In this document: piece by piece, positions 1-11,765 of the stretch
Position numbering within the stretch: the first letter of the stretch is position 1
How the letters are laid out: every line of letters starts with the position of its first letter
Assembly: GCA_016748015.1 (NCBI GenBank)
Contig: JAAOMT010000557.1
Coordinates: 248,001-312,000, forward strand
Source of the DNA: Geosiphon pyriformis uo1
Lineage: Eukaryota; Fungi; Glomeromycota
Length of the DNA stretch: 64,000 nucleotides
Reading direction: 5' to 3'
Translations under genes and position numbers: made by a program
Notes under the pieces: generated by a model
Database searches by the model: none
Told to the model about the DNA's origin: nothing
Seen by the model: only the letters and a program-made list of their open reading frames with translations

Positions 1-343
1 GGCTACTAAGCCTTTTTTTTTAAGTGAGGATACTATTAAGCATATTATTGCTTTGTAGCAATTGTTTGGTGCTGAAACCAGGAGCAATATTGAGTCTATT
101 AGATTGTTTCTTAGTGAGTTTATTTTTGACTCTAAGAATCTAAATGGTATCATTGAGAGAATTCGTGAGTTGAGATTATTCTCACCTATTTTTGGTTCAG
201 CGTAGTAAGTCCTTGATTGGGCCGAGTGTCTGATTATGTGTAAAAAACGCATGATTTATGCCTATAATGTAATCCCTTCTGTGGTATTATAGTTTTAAGT
301 AGTGTTTGGGTCTTACTCATTAAATAATAATAATAATAATAAT
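1..343 (+). mobile_element. 3' end of an ORF1-only non-autonomous LINE derivative (copy H1), running in from the left edge
   Basis: Aligns base by base with 38736-39080. Encodes a decayed ...SEFIFDSKNLNGIIERIRELRLFSPIFGSA* (stop 203-205), then a ~120-nt 3' UTR and a (TAA)n tail. Confidence 0.85.
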
Positions 344-809
344 AAAATTTTTATATTTAAAACAACCAAAATTCTTAATCATATTAAATTTATATTAAAA
401 TTAAACAAAATTAACTTATTTTTTATAATATATTCTATTTTTAAACTTACTATTTTTTGTTTAATTTATCAACTATTTTATTAAAAATATTGTTTAATCT
501 AAAAAATTTTGTTTTTAAATATACTTTATATAAGTATATTATTTTTACAAAAATTAAAAAACAATAATTATAAAACTAACAGATTTAATAAATTAAATCA
601 AAACAATCAAATTAGTTAATTTAAATTTTAAAAAACCAAATAAAAACTGTCTATAAAATCAGTAATAGCAAAAAAAATTGGCAAAAATACAACAATAAAA
701 AAACTAATAAAATAAAAATCTTAATATAAAATTTAGTATTAATATAACAAGATTTAAAAACTTTGAAAAAATCACAATTTTAAATAAAAATTAAAAAATA
801 TATATATTA

Positions 810-3800
810 TTTTTATTTATTTATTAAAGTTTAATGAATGGAGTTCAAACGCCACTTAGTGCTATACATCATACAAATGATCTAAACTAGGTGCGAATCA
901 TGCTTTTGCTATATGTGACCAAACACTCAGACTAGTCAGAACAACACTACGCACTTATATGAACTGAAGCCATGTCACCAACACCTGCATAAAACAAACA
1001 ATGTTTATGATACCCAAAACTAATGCTGAGTGCATTAGCAACACCCAACAATCTAATCATCCCAGCCAAAAGCCACACAAAAAAACCAGAAACAGTGACA
1101 GGAATAAAACCATCACGTAGAATCAACTTATTCTTCTCCATAATGGCCCAGTGTTTTACATAGACCAGCCAGATATTATTACAAAATGCAAGACAAAACT
1201 CTCATACAAAATTTACAACATTGACCACTGCCACCTTAGGATCCTTGTAAACAAAAACAGACTTACAATACCAATTGCCGAAAACAAAACCCTTACACAG
1301 GGCCATACTGACAGTTACATCTGAAATGCAAGTCAACAACAACTGCGATATGCATGAAGAAAAACGAGACAGACCAGAACGCATCTCTCAGGCAGCTGCA
1401 TAAGTGTCCAACAAATTGGCACAACTATTAGCATCAGAAGAGCAAGAAAAGATATGGTCTGAGACTTCAACTTTACCACAGAACAAACAAACCACACTGG
1501 GATAACCCCTATTATACAGACGCTTTTGCACAGCAACAGGAAAGTGATGATGAAAGGCTTTCATGAAATATGTACGAAAGCCAGCTGTCCAAATACTAGT
1601 AAAACCAGTTGCCATATGGAAATCTGGGTGCCACACCAGAGAAAACCTCAACCAGTCAATATTAGCACGCAAACAACCTGGAACAACCTGGGAACCAGAA
1701 CCAACCTTCCAATGTGTGCGATGAATTGACCTGAATATGTCATGAACAAAATGCCTCAAATTACCAGAAACTGTATCAACACCAGCCTTCAAAAACCTCT
1801 TACTGATCAAGTGGGGCAGGTGCTAGGCAGAAAGGGCAGCATTTTTAGCCAGCACATCAGCATGCTTATTGCCTGAGACATCTGAATGGTTCTTAACCTT
1901 AATCTAATTAACATCCAAATTTTTGCGACAAATGACATTGGCAATATAATGATGCTCAATCCAACAACAATTCCTGAAATCAGGGCCAACCGATAAAGAC
2001 TTTGACCTGTAAGCATCAATAGCCACCTGGCTGTCTGAGAACAAGTCAACCAAACGAAAAGAAGAAACACACTCAAGAGCCAAAGCAATGGCCTGCAACT
2101 CTGCCAAAGTAGAAGAAACCAAACCAGAAATTCCCACACCCAGACCTGAATCAATGTCCTCAAAGAAAACCGTAGCACTAGCCAACATGTCAACAGTGCC
2201 CAAGTTACTCAGAGACCCATCTGTGTACACAAAGAGGTGGGTGGCACCTACACTCAACAGATCATTACAAATAACACCAAAACCAAGAGACTGACAAATG
2301 TCAGAAGAATCACCAATACCCTCATAAGGGGAACGACCAGAAGAAGAAACTACACCACCAAGAAAATGTACAGAGAGATCAAACCAAGAGAGGACCAGGC
2401 CACAGGGATCCAGTTTTTTCCAATACTTGAATGTCTTCCAATCAAAAACAATGCCATTCCAGTCACAAAGCTGTTCTACAAAAGCAATACCATAACACCT
2501 GAGGGAGGAGACACATTTGAAGAAAATTGTCTTACTGAGTACTAGAGACATAGAAGTACCACACCAAAGATGAAAAGCACTGGCCAGAGAGCCACCCAAA
2601 GACAAATTACACCCAGAAAAAATACGAACCACACCTGCCAAAAAGTTGTTTGAAGGGCTGACTTTAACACAAACAGGAAACAACAAAGGGTGACAAGGAC
2701 ACCAGCTGAGAACCTGGAGATCGTGAGACCTATGAAAAAACAAGTGACCCAAAACACCAACCGAATTCGCAAAAGCAATAATAGAAGCCAACTTGCTTTC
2801 AGCCTGAATCTGCTCAAAAGTCTTTAAATTGTACAAGAAAGAATAATAAAGTGCATTATTAGAAAAGTCCAGAGGCAGCCCAAATTTGGATTCCAGGTCC
2901 TTGTGTATCAAAGCATCCCATTTATTACACACACTGAGAAGAATAAAACGGAACTAAGTTCTGTAGCTGACGATAGAAAAGAGAACTAAAGACACCAAAT
3001 AAGCAAACTGTTTATCTGAAATAACTTTTCTCAGAATGAGATTAATGAAAAACTGAACATTCAAATGTGCCTTAACCAAGCTAGGCTTCGAAAAACCATC
3101 AGAAAATAAAAAAATACTCAGATAACGATGAGATTCACCTCTTTTAGCGATGAAAATTGGCATATCACTAATAGTTAGGTAAGAAGCAGTGATCTGACAG
3201 TTGATAAAAATAGCCACAGTTTTGTTATTGTTTATTAAAATGTCATTTAAACAAAAGAACTCACTAACAACATTAAGGATGTGTTGTGTAGCAGCTTGGC
3301 TGCTACTGACACAGATAGTATCATCAACAAAAGCACCAGCAGCCAGAAATGATGTCAGTCCAGCTTGAGATTCCACCTGGCCAGTTTTAGAAATGAAATG
3401 AGAAATCAACCTGTAACCACAAATGCTCTCCTGTCTCTTAACTTCACACAAAAGCAAGTCATAAAATATGCACCAGAGAAGTGGTAAAAAAACCTCCCCC
3501 TGATCCAATCCATCATGAACATAATATCCATTAGTCAAACCAAAATCTGTCATCACTCTGTTAGTGTGACCATTATGAATGCTACCAAAAAATCTAATAA
3601 ATTTGTCACACATTTTGATCCTGATCAAACTCCTCTTAAGATGCTCCCAACCAACAGAATCATAAGCTTTGCACATATCCTGTAAAACCAGCCACAACTC
3701 TCGGTTCTTTTTCAAAGCATCTTCGATTACCGAACCAATAGTGAAGATAGGCAATTGAGTAGATGTACTTTTCAGGACAAAAAAATTGTCCCTGCGGAGG

Positions 3801-4939
3801 ACATTAAAAGTGCTACAAGCCAGAAAGATCCAATTTGAAAGAATCTTGGAAAGGACCTTGTGAGCTGTCTCAATCAAAGCAATAGGGTGGGTATTTGTAA
3901 GAATCCCTTCCCACTTGTAAGGTTTAGGAATCATTGAGACCCAGGCTTCTCTCTAAAGTCTAGGCACTAACTCACAACCCAAACAAAAATTTAAGAGCAC
4001 CAAAAGCATATTCAAGACTGACTTGTCACAGTGTTTCCAAAGTTTATTAGAGATACCAGAAAGACCAGCCACTTTCCCATTGGACAAATTTGAAATAACA
4101 CCAAACATCTTATCAAAACCGATTGAATGCATTATATCAGAGAAAGCACCATCGAAGACATGATCCAAAGGCAGAAATTGCTTTGTCCAATCACCAGAGA
4201 TATCAGAAGCCATTACACATTTCTTAGTCCAACCCTCCATGATTCAATCCACCTTAGATTTAACCAACTTAGGCTCCAGGACTAACTCCCCACCATCCAT
4301 CAAATGATCCAACACTACTTTATAAAAAAGACACTCCAAAACACTTCTAATAGTGTGATCTTTATCCACCTCAAAACTCTCTATTCTCTTCTCAATAGCC
4401 TGCCTCACACTAGATTCTTCAGCATGCTTAGATTCTAACAACTTAGAAGAGCAATAAGACTTCCTTGTCTTAGCCAGTCCAGAACGGATTGCATCAAAAC
4501 TGGCACCAAAAAAAACAGAGATCTTACTGGCAAAGTGCCCACAGAATCAAGCCTGTTCCAAGTATCCAACAACAAGACAAAATTTCCGCTAGAAACCAAC
4601 CAAGAAGTCTTCACCAGTTTAAACACAAGTAGCTCCAGTTTATGAAACTGGGAAGATACCTTATTAAAAACACAATCAAAACTCTTAAACCATTTTTTCT
4701 TGAATGTTCCACCAGCCGAAAAAACCATAACCTTATGAACAATGTCCCATATCACATCCAGATCAGAAAACTGCTTAGCCACAACAAACTCATCCAAAAA
4801 CATAACAGCATTAACAGCTGTAGCATTCCTGAATTTTGACCACTTAATCTCACTGGTATTTTTGATATCATACTTCCAACAATCTTTATTAGCTTGTTTG
4901 TACAGTGAATTCAGCTGGACATCAAGCAGACCACCCAAC
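810..4939 (-). mobile_element. 5'-truncated L1-like non-LTR retrotransposon (LINE-A) with RT, RNase H and C-terminal Cys/His finger
   Basis: Minus-strand ORF fragments carry RT motifs (THPIALIET, QDMCKAYDSV, GLDQGEV, AFVDDT), RNase H motifs (VYTDGS, AELQAI, FSDSQ, NHSDVSGNKHAD) and CLFC..SDHIFSC. An (AATA)n tail lies at ~810-826. Homologous to 47750-51850. Confidence 0.93.
947..4938 (-). pseudogene. LINE-A ORF2 remnant (linker-RT-RNase H-zinc finger); endonuclease domain missing
   Basis: Consecutive ORF-track pieces 4435-4938, 4244-4441, 3953-4240, 2954-3934, 1904-2932, 1388-1810 and 947-1141, broken by stops and frameshifts. Confidence 0.9.
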
Positions 4940-5137
4940 TATATTAATCAATGATTAAGTACAAAAGGGAACTCTTATTGAGGACACTTGGAAATGAGCA
5001 CTCAATAGGCTGGACAGTTATCCACATGATAATTATAAAATCTGGAGAATGGCAAGTGCCAAAGCTGAAGGCACCATGCCTGAAGAAATACAAGAAATTA
5101 AGGACAACTCTTGGACACCTGAATATAATGGACCCAA
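4940..5137 (+). mobile_element. Left fragment of Gypsy-B pol (Cys-rich region), cut by the Gypsy-A insertion
   Basis: Translates to KGTLIEDTWK*ALNRLDSYPHD...EYNGP, homologous to RGTPFDAAYNSALNKLYHYPHD of Gypsy-A (~8970-9035). The frame resumes at ~14977 (DYSVDDFF). Confidence 0.85.
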
Positions 5138-6029
5138 TGTTATCAGTAGAATTTTAGCTATTAATTAGTATAACAAAAAGTAAGATGATTAAATTACACA
5201 ATATCCTGAACTTTGTAACATTTAAAAATTTGCCGAAATTTACAGAAATTCGCCGAAATTTATAAAAAATTTGCCGAAATTTAAAGAAATTCACCGAAAT
5301 TATGAATAGTTCACCCAAATTAATCAATAGTTCAGCAAAATAACTTGTAGTCTATCAAAATGTATCTTTAGTTCACCGAAATTTGAGCAGAGAAAAAGTG
5401 CAAGTTTATAGACTAGTACTACAACAAGTTGTATAAAAGAAGAGCTTTTCTCTTCAAGAAAATGTATCTTACTTTAGATTTATTACTTAGAATCATTCTT
5501 ATACACACAAAAAGAAATAAATATTAAATAATTTGAAAAACCAAATTCTTTAATTATTGCACTTGGAAAATCCCCAAAACCCAACTAATGTTTTAAAATT
5601 GATTAGCTACCAATTTCAGTAAACTGTTAATGACTCCAGGCCTGGATAGAAAACGTTTCTCTTGACAGAATTCAATTTCTTTTACATTTCTTTTACATTT
5701 CTTTTATTTTCTTATTATAATCATTAAAATAGCCTACAGACAAGATTCCTATAGAAGAGTTGACTTTTACAGCAAAGTAACTACACATTTTTAGTGAGCT
5801 TTTAGACGAGCAATTTCTGGGAAAGAGTTGATATTTACTACAATGTAACTACATAAAGTAACTGGCAAGGAATTGGCATTCTACTTATAAGCCCAGCAAT
5901 TCAAATTATAGGAGATAATTTGAAGATAAATTCAGTTATTGGAAGTTCATCTACTTTTAGAAAATGTAAATTTGCAACCAACAGACATTTACAACATTCA
6001 AAAAAAGAAACCAAAAATCTCTGGTAACA
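5138..6029 (+). repeat. Gypsy-A 5' LTR (892 bp)
   Basis: Direct repeat of 13984-14974 and inverted copy of 45219-46231. Termini tgttatcag / ctggtaaca. Confidence 0.96.
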
Positions 6030-6031
6030 TT

Positions 6032-6043
6032 TGGTGCTCTCCC
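6032..6043 (+). promoter_or_regulatory. Primer-binding site of Gypsy-A
   Basis: TGGTGCTCTCCC starts 2 nt after the LTR end; TGG is complementary to the tRNA CCA end. The tRNA species was not determined. Confidence 0.75.
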
Positions 6044-9000
6044 ATGGAAATAACACAGCAACAACAAATTCAAAGTTGCAACCACACCAGACACAATAAC
6101 TCTAGAGTATCATCAGTCAATTTACACCCACTGCAAGCAAAGATTCAACATCCCAGACGGAATTGAAGTTGTCAAGAAATAAGTATACCAATATATTAAA
6201 AATTGCATCAACAATTATCTTTTTGGAAACTACAACATTTCAGAAGTTAGAAGCAACCTCTACAATAATTTAGTGCACTATTCACAATTGGGAACAGAAA
6301 ACCTGAACAGTAAAACACTTGCTACCTACTTCCAAGAACTTAATTTTAATATTATTGAGTACTGTGAAGAAAAATACCCAGTACAGCCCAAATATTTTTT
6401 TAACTTTGAATCAGAAACAGAGACAAGCAACAAAAGCAAACAAAAAATAAAACAATACTCAAGAACCACTCCAAACACTCCAATACTACCAAAGACAACT
6501 GCCAAACACTTGCAAACACCTGAACAAGAAACCAATGTCAAATTACCACTTTCTATTACACCATTTCTAATTTCACTTGTTCAACCACAAACACCAAGTT
6601 CACTACTTAACCATTTCTCCAGACCAGAAGATTTTCAGTCACCTAGAAATCCTACTCAACAACAAGAACCAATATCAACAAGTGCCAATATCATTGATTA
6701 CTTACAAGAAAACGAAAGTAATTATTCAGAAAGCTTGGAAAGTGAAGAAACTGAACAAAAACCAGAAGAAGCCACAGAAAACAAAGAAGAAATGGCAACT
6801 GCTTATATTGCAAAGATTTCAGAATTCATGGGTAAAGATAATGATACTAGTCCTCAAGAATGGCTTAACAAAGTTCAAAAAGCAGGAGATGCAAATGGTT
6901 GGAATGCAGCAAGAATGCTCAAAGCAATTCCATACTTTCTCCAAAGAATTGCAGAAGAATGATTTGAAAACTTAGAAGAACTATTTGAAAACTGGCAAGC
7001 ATTCAAAGATGCTTTTCTACAACAATTCACTGACAACAACACTTCTATCACTCTCAAAAACTGCTTTCACAATATCAAGCAAGAAACATCTGAAACTGTT
7101 ATGACCTATCTTGAAAGATTCAACAAACTTCTCAGATGAATTCGCCAATTAGAAACCAATGACTACTATTCCGATGCTCAAATTCTGGATCAGTTTATAG
7201 TAGGGTTAAAAGACAAACTGATTAAGAAAGTCTGTTCACATGTTTTAGCAGATTTAGCAACTGCCATTAGACATGCAAAGAATTATGAAATGGCTATGGA
7301 AGAAGCAAACCACACCAAACTTGTTAATTTGGCTATTAGAGAAACCAGCTCAGTAGCTGAAAAAAAGATAGACCAACTCACAAAGAAAATTGAAAGCTAT
7401 TTTACAAACCAGCAACAACAGTAACAACAACCACAAAAATATCAATCACCACAGCGACACAACCAAAACAACTTTGGACCACCATTCAACAACCAATCTC
7501 AAAATTGTTACTATTGTGGAATTCCAGGACACTGGAAACAAGATTGCAGAAAACTACAAAAAGACCAACAAAACAAGAGTAATCAACATTATTCTTCATC
7601 ACAACAATCTTATTACCAACTCCTACCACCAACTTATTATTCACTAAGACCACAAATTCAAAACAGCTATTATCAACCAGCTCCACAACTAATTCAACAA
7701 CAATATTAGCAACCTTTACCAATTCAGCAATATCAGACACCACCCATTCAACAATATCAAGTACCAGCAAGAAAATTGGTTCAACATAACCAATTTACAC
7801 CCCAAAATCAATTTCAGAATAACAACAACAGAATTAATCCAAATAACCAGTTGGTTCTCCGAAATTCTGGTCAGCAAAAACCCAATCACTATCACACTCA
7901 ATCCAGTTATCTTATAATACCAGAGGAATCAGATTTTCAACAATCTGCACTTTCTGAAGGTAAAGTTGTAGCACTCAGATCAAATCCTTCCAACAACACT
8001 ATTCCACTGGCTCAAATTGCCCAAAATGCCAACCTTTCAGATATATTCCCATTCGAATTTGAAGCAAATGAATCACCATTCTTGCTTAGTAATGCAGCAG
8101 CTAATGAACAAAAAGCTATCACTGTCATGTACACTGAAGCTACAGTAGAAAAAAAACCCATCCGACTAATTCTAGACAGTGGATCAGCTGGAAGTATTAT
8201 CACTTACCAGTTAATACAATAGCTTCAAAGAACTGTTGACAGACCAGCCCAAACTGTAATTGTTATAGCAGATGGTATGAAAAAGACACCAGTAGGAGAA
8301 ATTGACAATTTTTCATTTACCATTGATAGAATCACCATTCCAGTCAAAGTTCTAATTATGAATACACCCCAATACCAAGCTCTGATCAGAAATAATTGGC
8401 TTCTTAAGGCCAATGCAAACTTGGACTGGAAAACTCAGGAATTAAAAATCTTATACCAAGGACAATACACCATAGTACCTGCTACTTGTGATACTTTTAA
8501 CAAATGATCAGAAAAAGTCCCAGTATTTGAATTTGAAGAGGAGAAAGAAATGCCACTTACTGAAACCTACATGGCTCTTGGATCAACATCCAATTGGTCT
8601 GAAAAAACAGAACAGGAGATTTTTGAAGAATCAAGAGGATGGAAAAAAGTTAGATATTCTTCACCAGAACCATGGAAACAACCACCCTATATTCCACTCA
8701 AATGCAAAGATTGCAACAAGAAACTTTCATCAATGAGAGCATGTATTTTTTTAGAAGAGAAATATGAAACTTGTACCTGTTACTTTTGCAAAGCATACCA
8801 TAAAGAACGATTTGGATCTCCAAAAAAAAGTGGAAAATGAGACAACACATCTTGCCTTACATGTAAAGATATGTTACCAGAAGAATGCAACTGGATTGAT
8901 GTTGCAATGAGAAGAGGAGTATGTAATCAAATTTGTCAATATGCTCTATCAATTTCGGAAAAAGTCAGAAGAGGAACACCATTTGATGCAGCATACAACA

Positions 9001-11698
9001 GTGCTCTCAATAAACTTTACCACTACCCTCATGATGCTGAAATGATTTTTAACCTAACAATGACATTGATTAATAGAGCCACTCAAGAAGATGTCCATCA
9101 AATGAAAGAAGCTGAATACATTGAGTATACCATGGAATTAGCTGGATTTGATTATGAAAATGAAGCAGAAACATATTATCAAATTGCAAGCCACACATAT
9201 CCGACCAAAGAAGCTCAAATTCAACAATTAGAGCAAATAAACATTCAATTGTGTAAAGAATACATCATGTTTTGTGATGACCAATAGTGTTTAGAATACT
9301 ATGCTCTTAGCATTCCTCTGCCAAATAAGAATGATGAAAATGAAATCGAATTTGAAGTATCTGAACTAGTAGAAAAACTACCAACCACCCTCATCTATCT
9401 TCTTGAAAAGCAACCATCTCTACAACTTAAATATTTTGACAACCATAGCCAAGGAATCAGACCAGAAAAAGCACACAAAATTGATGCCGGATATGATCTA
9501 AGATACCCAGAAAAAGATACTTTGGTTCTCCAACCAAAGTTTTTGACAAAAATCAATCTCAAAATCGCTCTTGAAATTCCACCTGGAGCAATGGTTCAAA
9601 TTGCCTCCAGATTATCATTGGCAAGCAAAGGAATCAATATTAGAGAAGGAGTTATAGATGCAGGATACACTGGAGACATTACTATCATGTTGTAGAATGA
9701 AACAGACAAACCATTCAAGATTGAACATGCTGAAAAAATTGCTCAAGCAATTTACCTACCCTTAATCAATATTTCAGGTCTACAATCAGTTAACAACAGA
9801 GAACAATTGGGAAAAAGTGAAAAAAGAACTCAAGGTTTTGGTTCAACTGGACAATTTACACTTCCAGTAAACATAGTCCTTAAAATACAAAATGAATCTT
9901 ACCAGATTCTTCAACTTCCCCAACCAATTACCATTTCACCTTTTGAAGAACATCACAAAATTTACACTTGCTCAAAACCCACTACTACCCAACAAATCTT
10001 TGAATCCAATGAACAAATCTGTTTGAAGCATAAAATCTTAATTCCAAACATTTATATTCCCAAAAGAATGAAAAAATTTCAAGTTACATTCTACAATCCC
10101 AATAATTACCCTATTGTCTTATTAAACAAATTAGAGATTGGAATCATATGCAGCAATATTTTTCAAGATAAAAACCCTCAAATTGTCTCTAATTTTATCA
10201 AAATTGTAAGGCACACTCTACTCCCAAATCCAAATATCATTCTCACCACTGAAAACTACCATCTTTTAAAAGAAAAACTCTCTTATATCAACATGGGTCC
10301 CTTAGAACCTCAACAACAAAGACAATTGAAACAATTGATAGCTGAATTTGCAGATATATTTGCAAAAGACAACAATAACTTGGGAAAAACGGATATTGTT
10401 CAACATCAAATCCATACAGGAGATACTTCACCAAAACATTAGCAAGCTTACAGAATACCACCTGCCAGTCACCAATTCATCAGAGAAGAAGTCCAGAGAA
10501 TGCTTAATAACGGATTGATTCAACTATTAAGAAGTCCTTGGGCCTCACCAGTAGTCCTTATCAAAAAGAAAAATAGAAAAATCAGTTTTGTGTTGACTAT
10601 CGCCAATTGAATAGTGTAACAATTGAAGATGCCTACCCTTTTCCAAGAATTGATGACATGTTAGATGCTTTAGGAAAAGCCAAGTTCTTCTCAATTTTGG
10701 ACTTGGAAAGTGGATACTGACAAGTCGAAATGGACCCAAAAGACTGACTCAAAACAGCATTTACCACCCAAGAAGGAAACTATGAGTTCAATGTTATGTT
10801 TTTTGGACTCTGCAATGCACCAACAACATTTCAGTGACTCATGGTTGTTGTATATAAAGGGCTCTTGTGGCAATCAGTAGTTGTTTATCTTGATAACACT
10901 GATGTATACTCACCAAGCTTTGAAGCCCACCTCATTCACCTGTGAAAAGTTTTTCAATGATTACAAAAAGCAGAATTAAAGTTAAACATTGAAAAATGTC
11001 ACTTTGGAAAAACAAGCTTGATTTTTCTTGGACACATAGTTAGTAAAGATAGAGTCAAACCAAACCCAGGAACAATTAGTGCTGTTAAAAACTTTCAAAC
11101 TTTCAGAAATACCACAAAACTACAAAGATTTGTAGGATTAATCTCTTACTATTAAAAATTCATAAAAAGATTCTTAGAAATTGCCAAACCACTCAATTAT
11201 CTTACCAACAAAAATGTGTTATACAAATGGACTGAAGAACAACAAAAAGCTTTTGAAACTCTCAAAACAAAATTGACAACAGCCCCAGTTCCTGCTTACC
11301 CAGACTTCAACAAACGGTTCCAATTAGCCACTGATGCTTCACACATAGCATTTGGTGCCATTTTATCACAATTAAATGAAAATGGACAAGAACAAGTCAT
11401 CGTCTATGCTAGTAGAACACTCAAACCAACAGAACTAAAATATGGCTCAACTGAATTAGAAACTGCCACAGTCATCTGGGCTCTTAAATATTTTCAACAA
11501 TATCTGAAGAATGAAAAAGAATTTGACATCATAATTGACAATATTGGTCTCAAATGGCTCAATAAAAAGAAAACTGAACAAAGTGCCAAACAGTCTCAAT
11601 GGAATGACTTCTTAGCAGACTACAAATATATTGTATATCACAAACCAGGAAAAATACACACTAATGTTGACAGTCTCTCAAGGATGAGACAATATTAA
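6044..11698 (+). pseudogene. Gypsy-A gag-pol (capsid, CCHC knuckle, aspartic protease, Cys-rich region, dUTPase, RT, RNase H)
   Basis: Essentially one frame with nonsense codons. Motifs: CYYCGIPGHWKQDC (~7506), LILDSGSAGS (~8167), SPWASPVVL, DL.SGY*Q, YLDN (YLDD, ~10885), LATDAS, TELE, NVDSLSR. A 1-nt deletion lies near 10585. Confidence 0.93.
9420..9851 (+). pseudogene. Trimeric dUTPase domain within Gypsy-A pol
   Basis: All five motifs are readable: DAGYDL, ASRLS, GVIDAGYTG, KIAQ, RTQGFGSTG. Confidence 0.93.
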
Positions 11699-11765
11699 TA
11701 CCAACATTAATACCAACAAAACACCAACAAACTTAACAGCAAAACAAACAACAAAATCAACAACA

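Noticed and set aside
1526-4954. Plus-strand ORFs over LINE-A and other antisense ORFs over TEs
   Set aside because: Shadow frames of decayed coding sequence.
5225-5345. CRISPR-like regularly spaced repeats
   Set aside because: Contiguous tandem units without unique spacers, inside an LTR of a eukaryotic locus; no cas genes.
5730-6030. Protein-coding ORF in the 3' part of the Gypsy-A LTR
   Set aside because: Stops are shared among the three LTR copies in the frames examined; the region is better explained by an internal ~35-bp duplication (gagttgac..gtaactaca).
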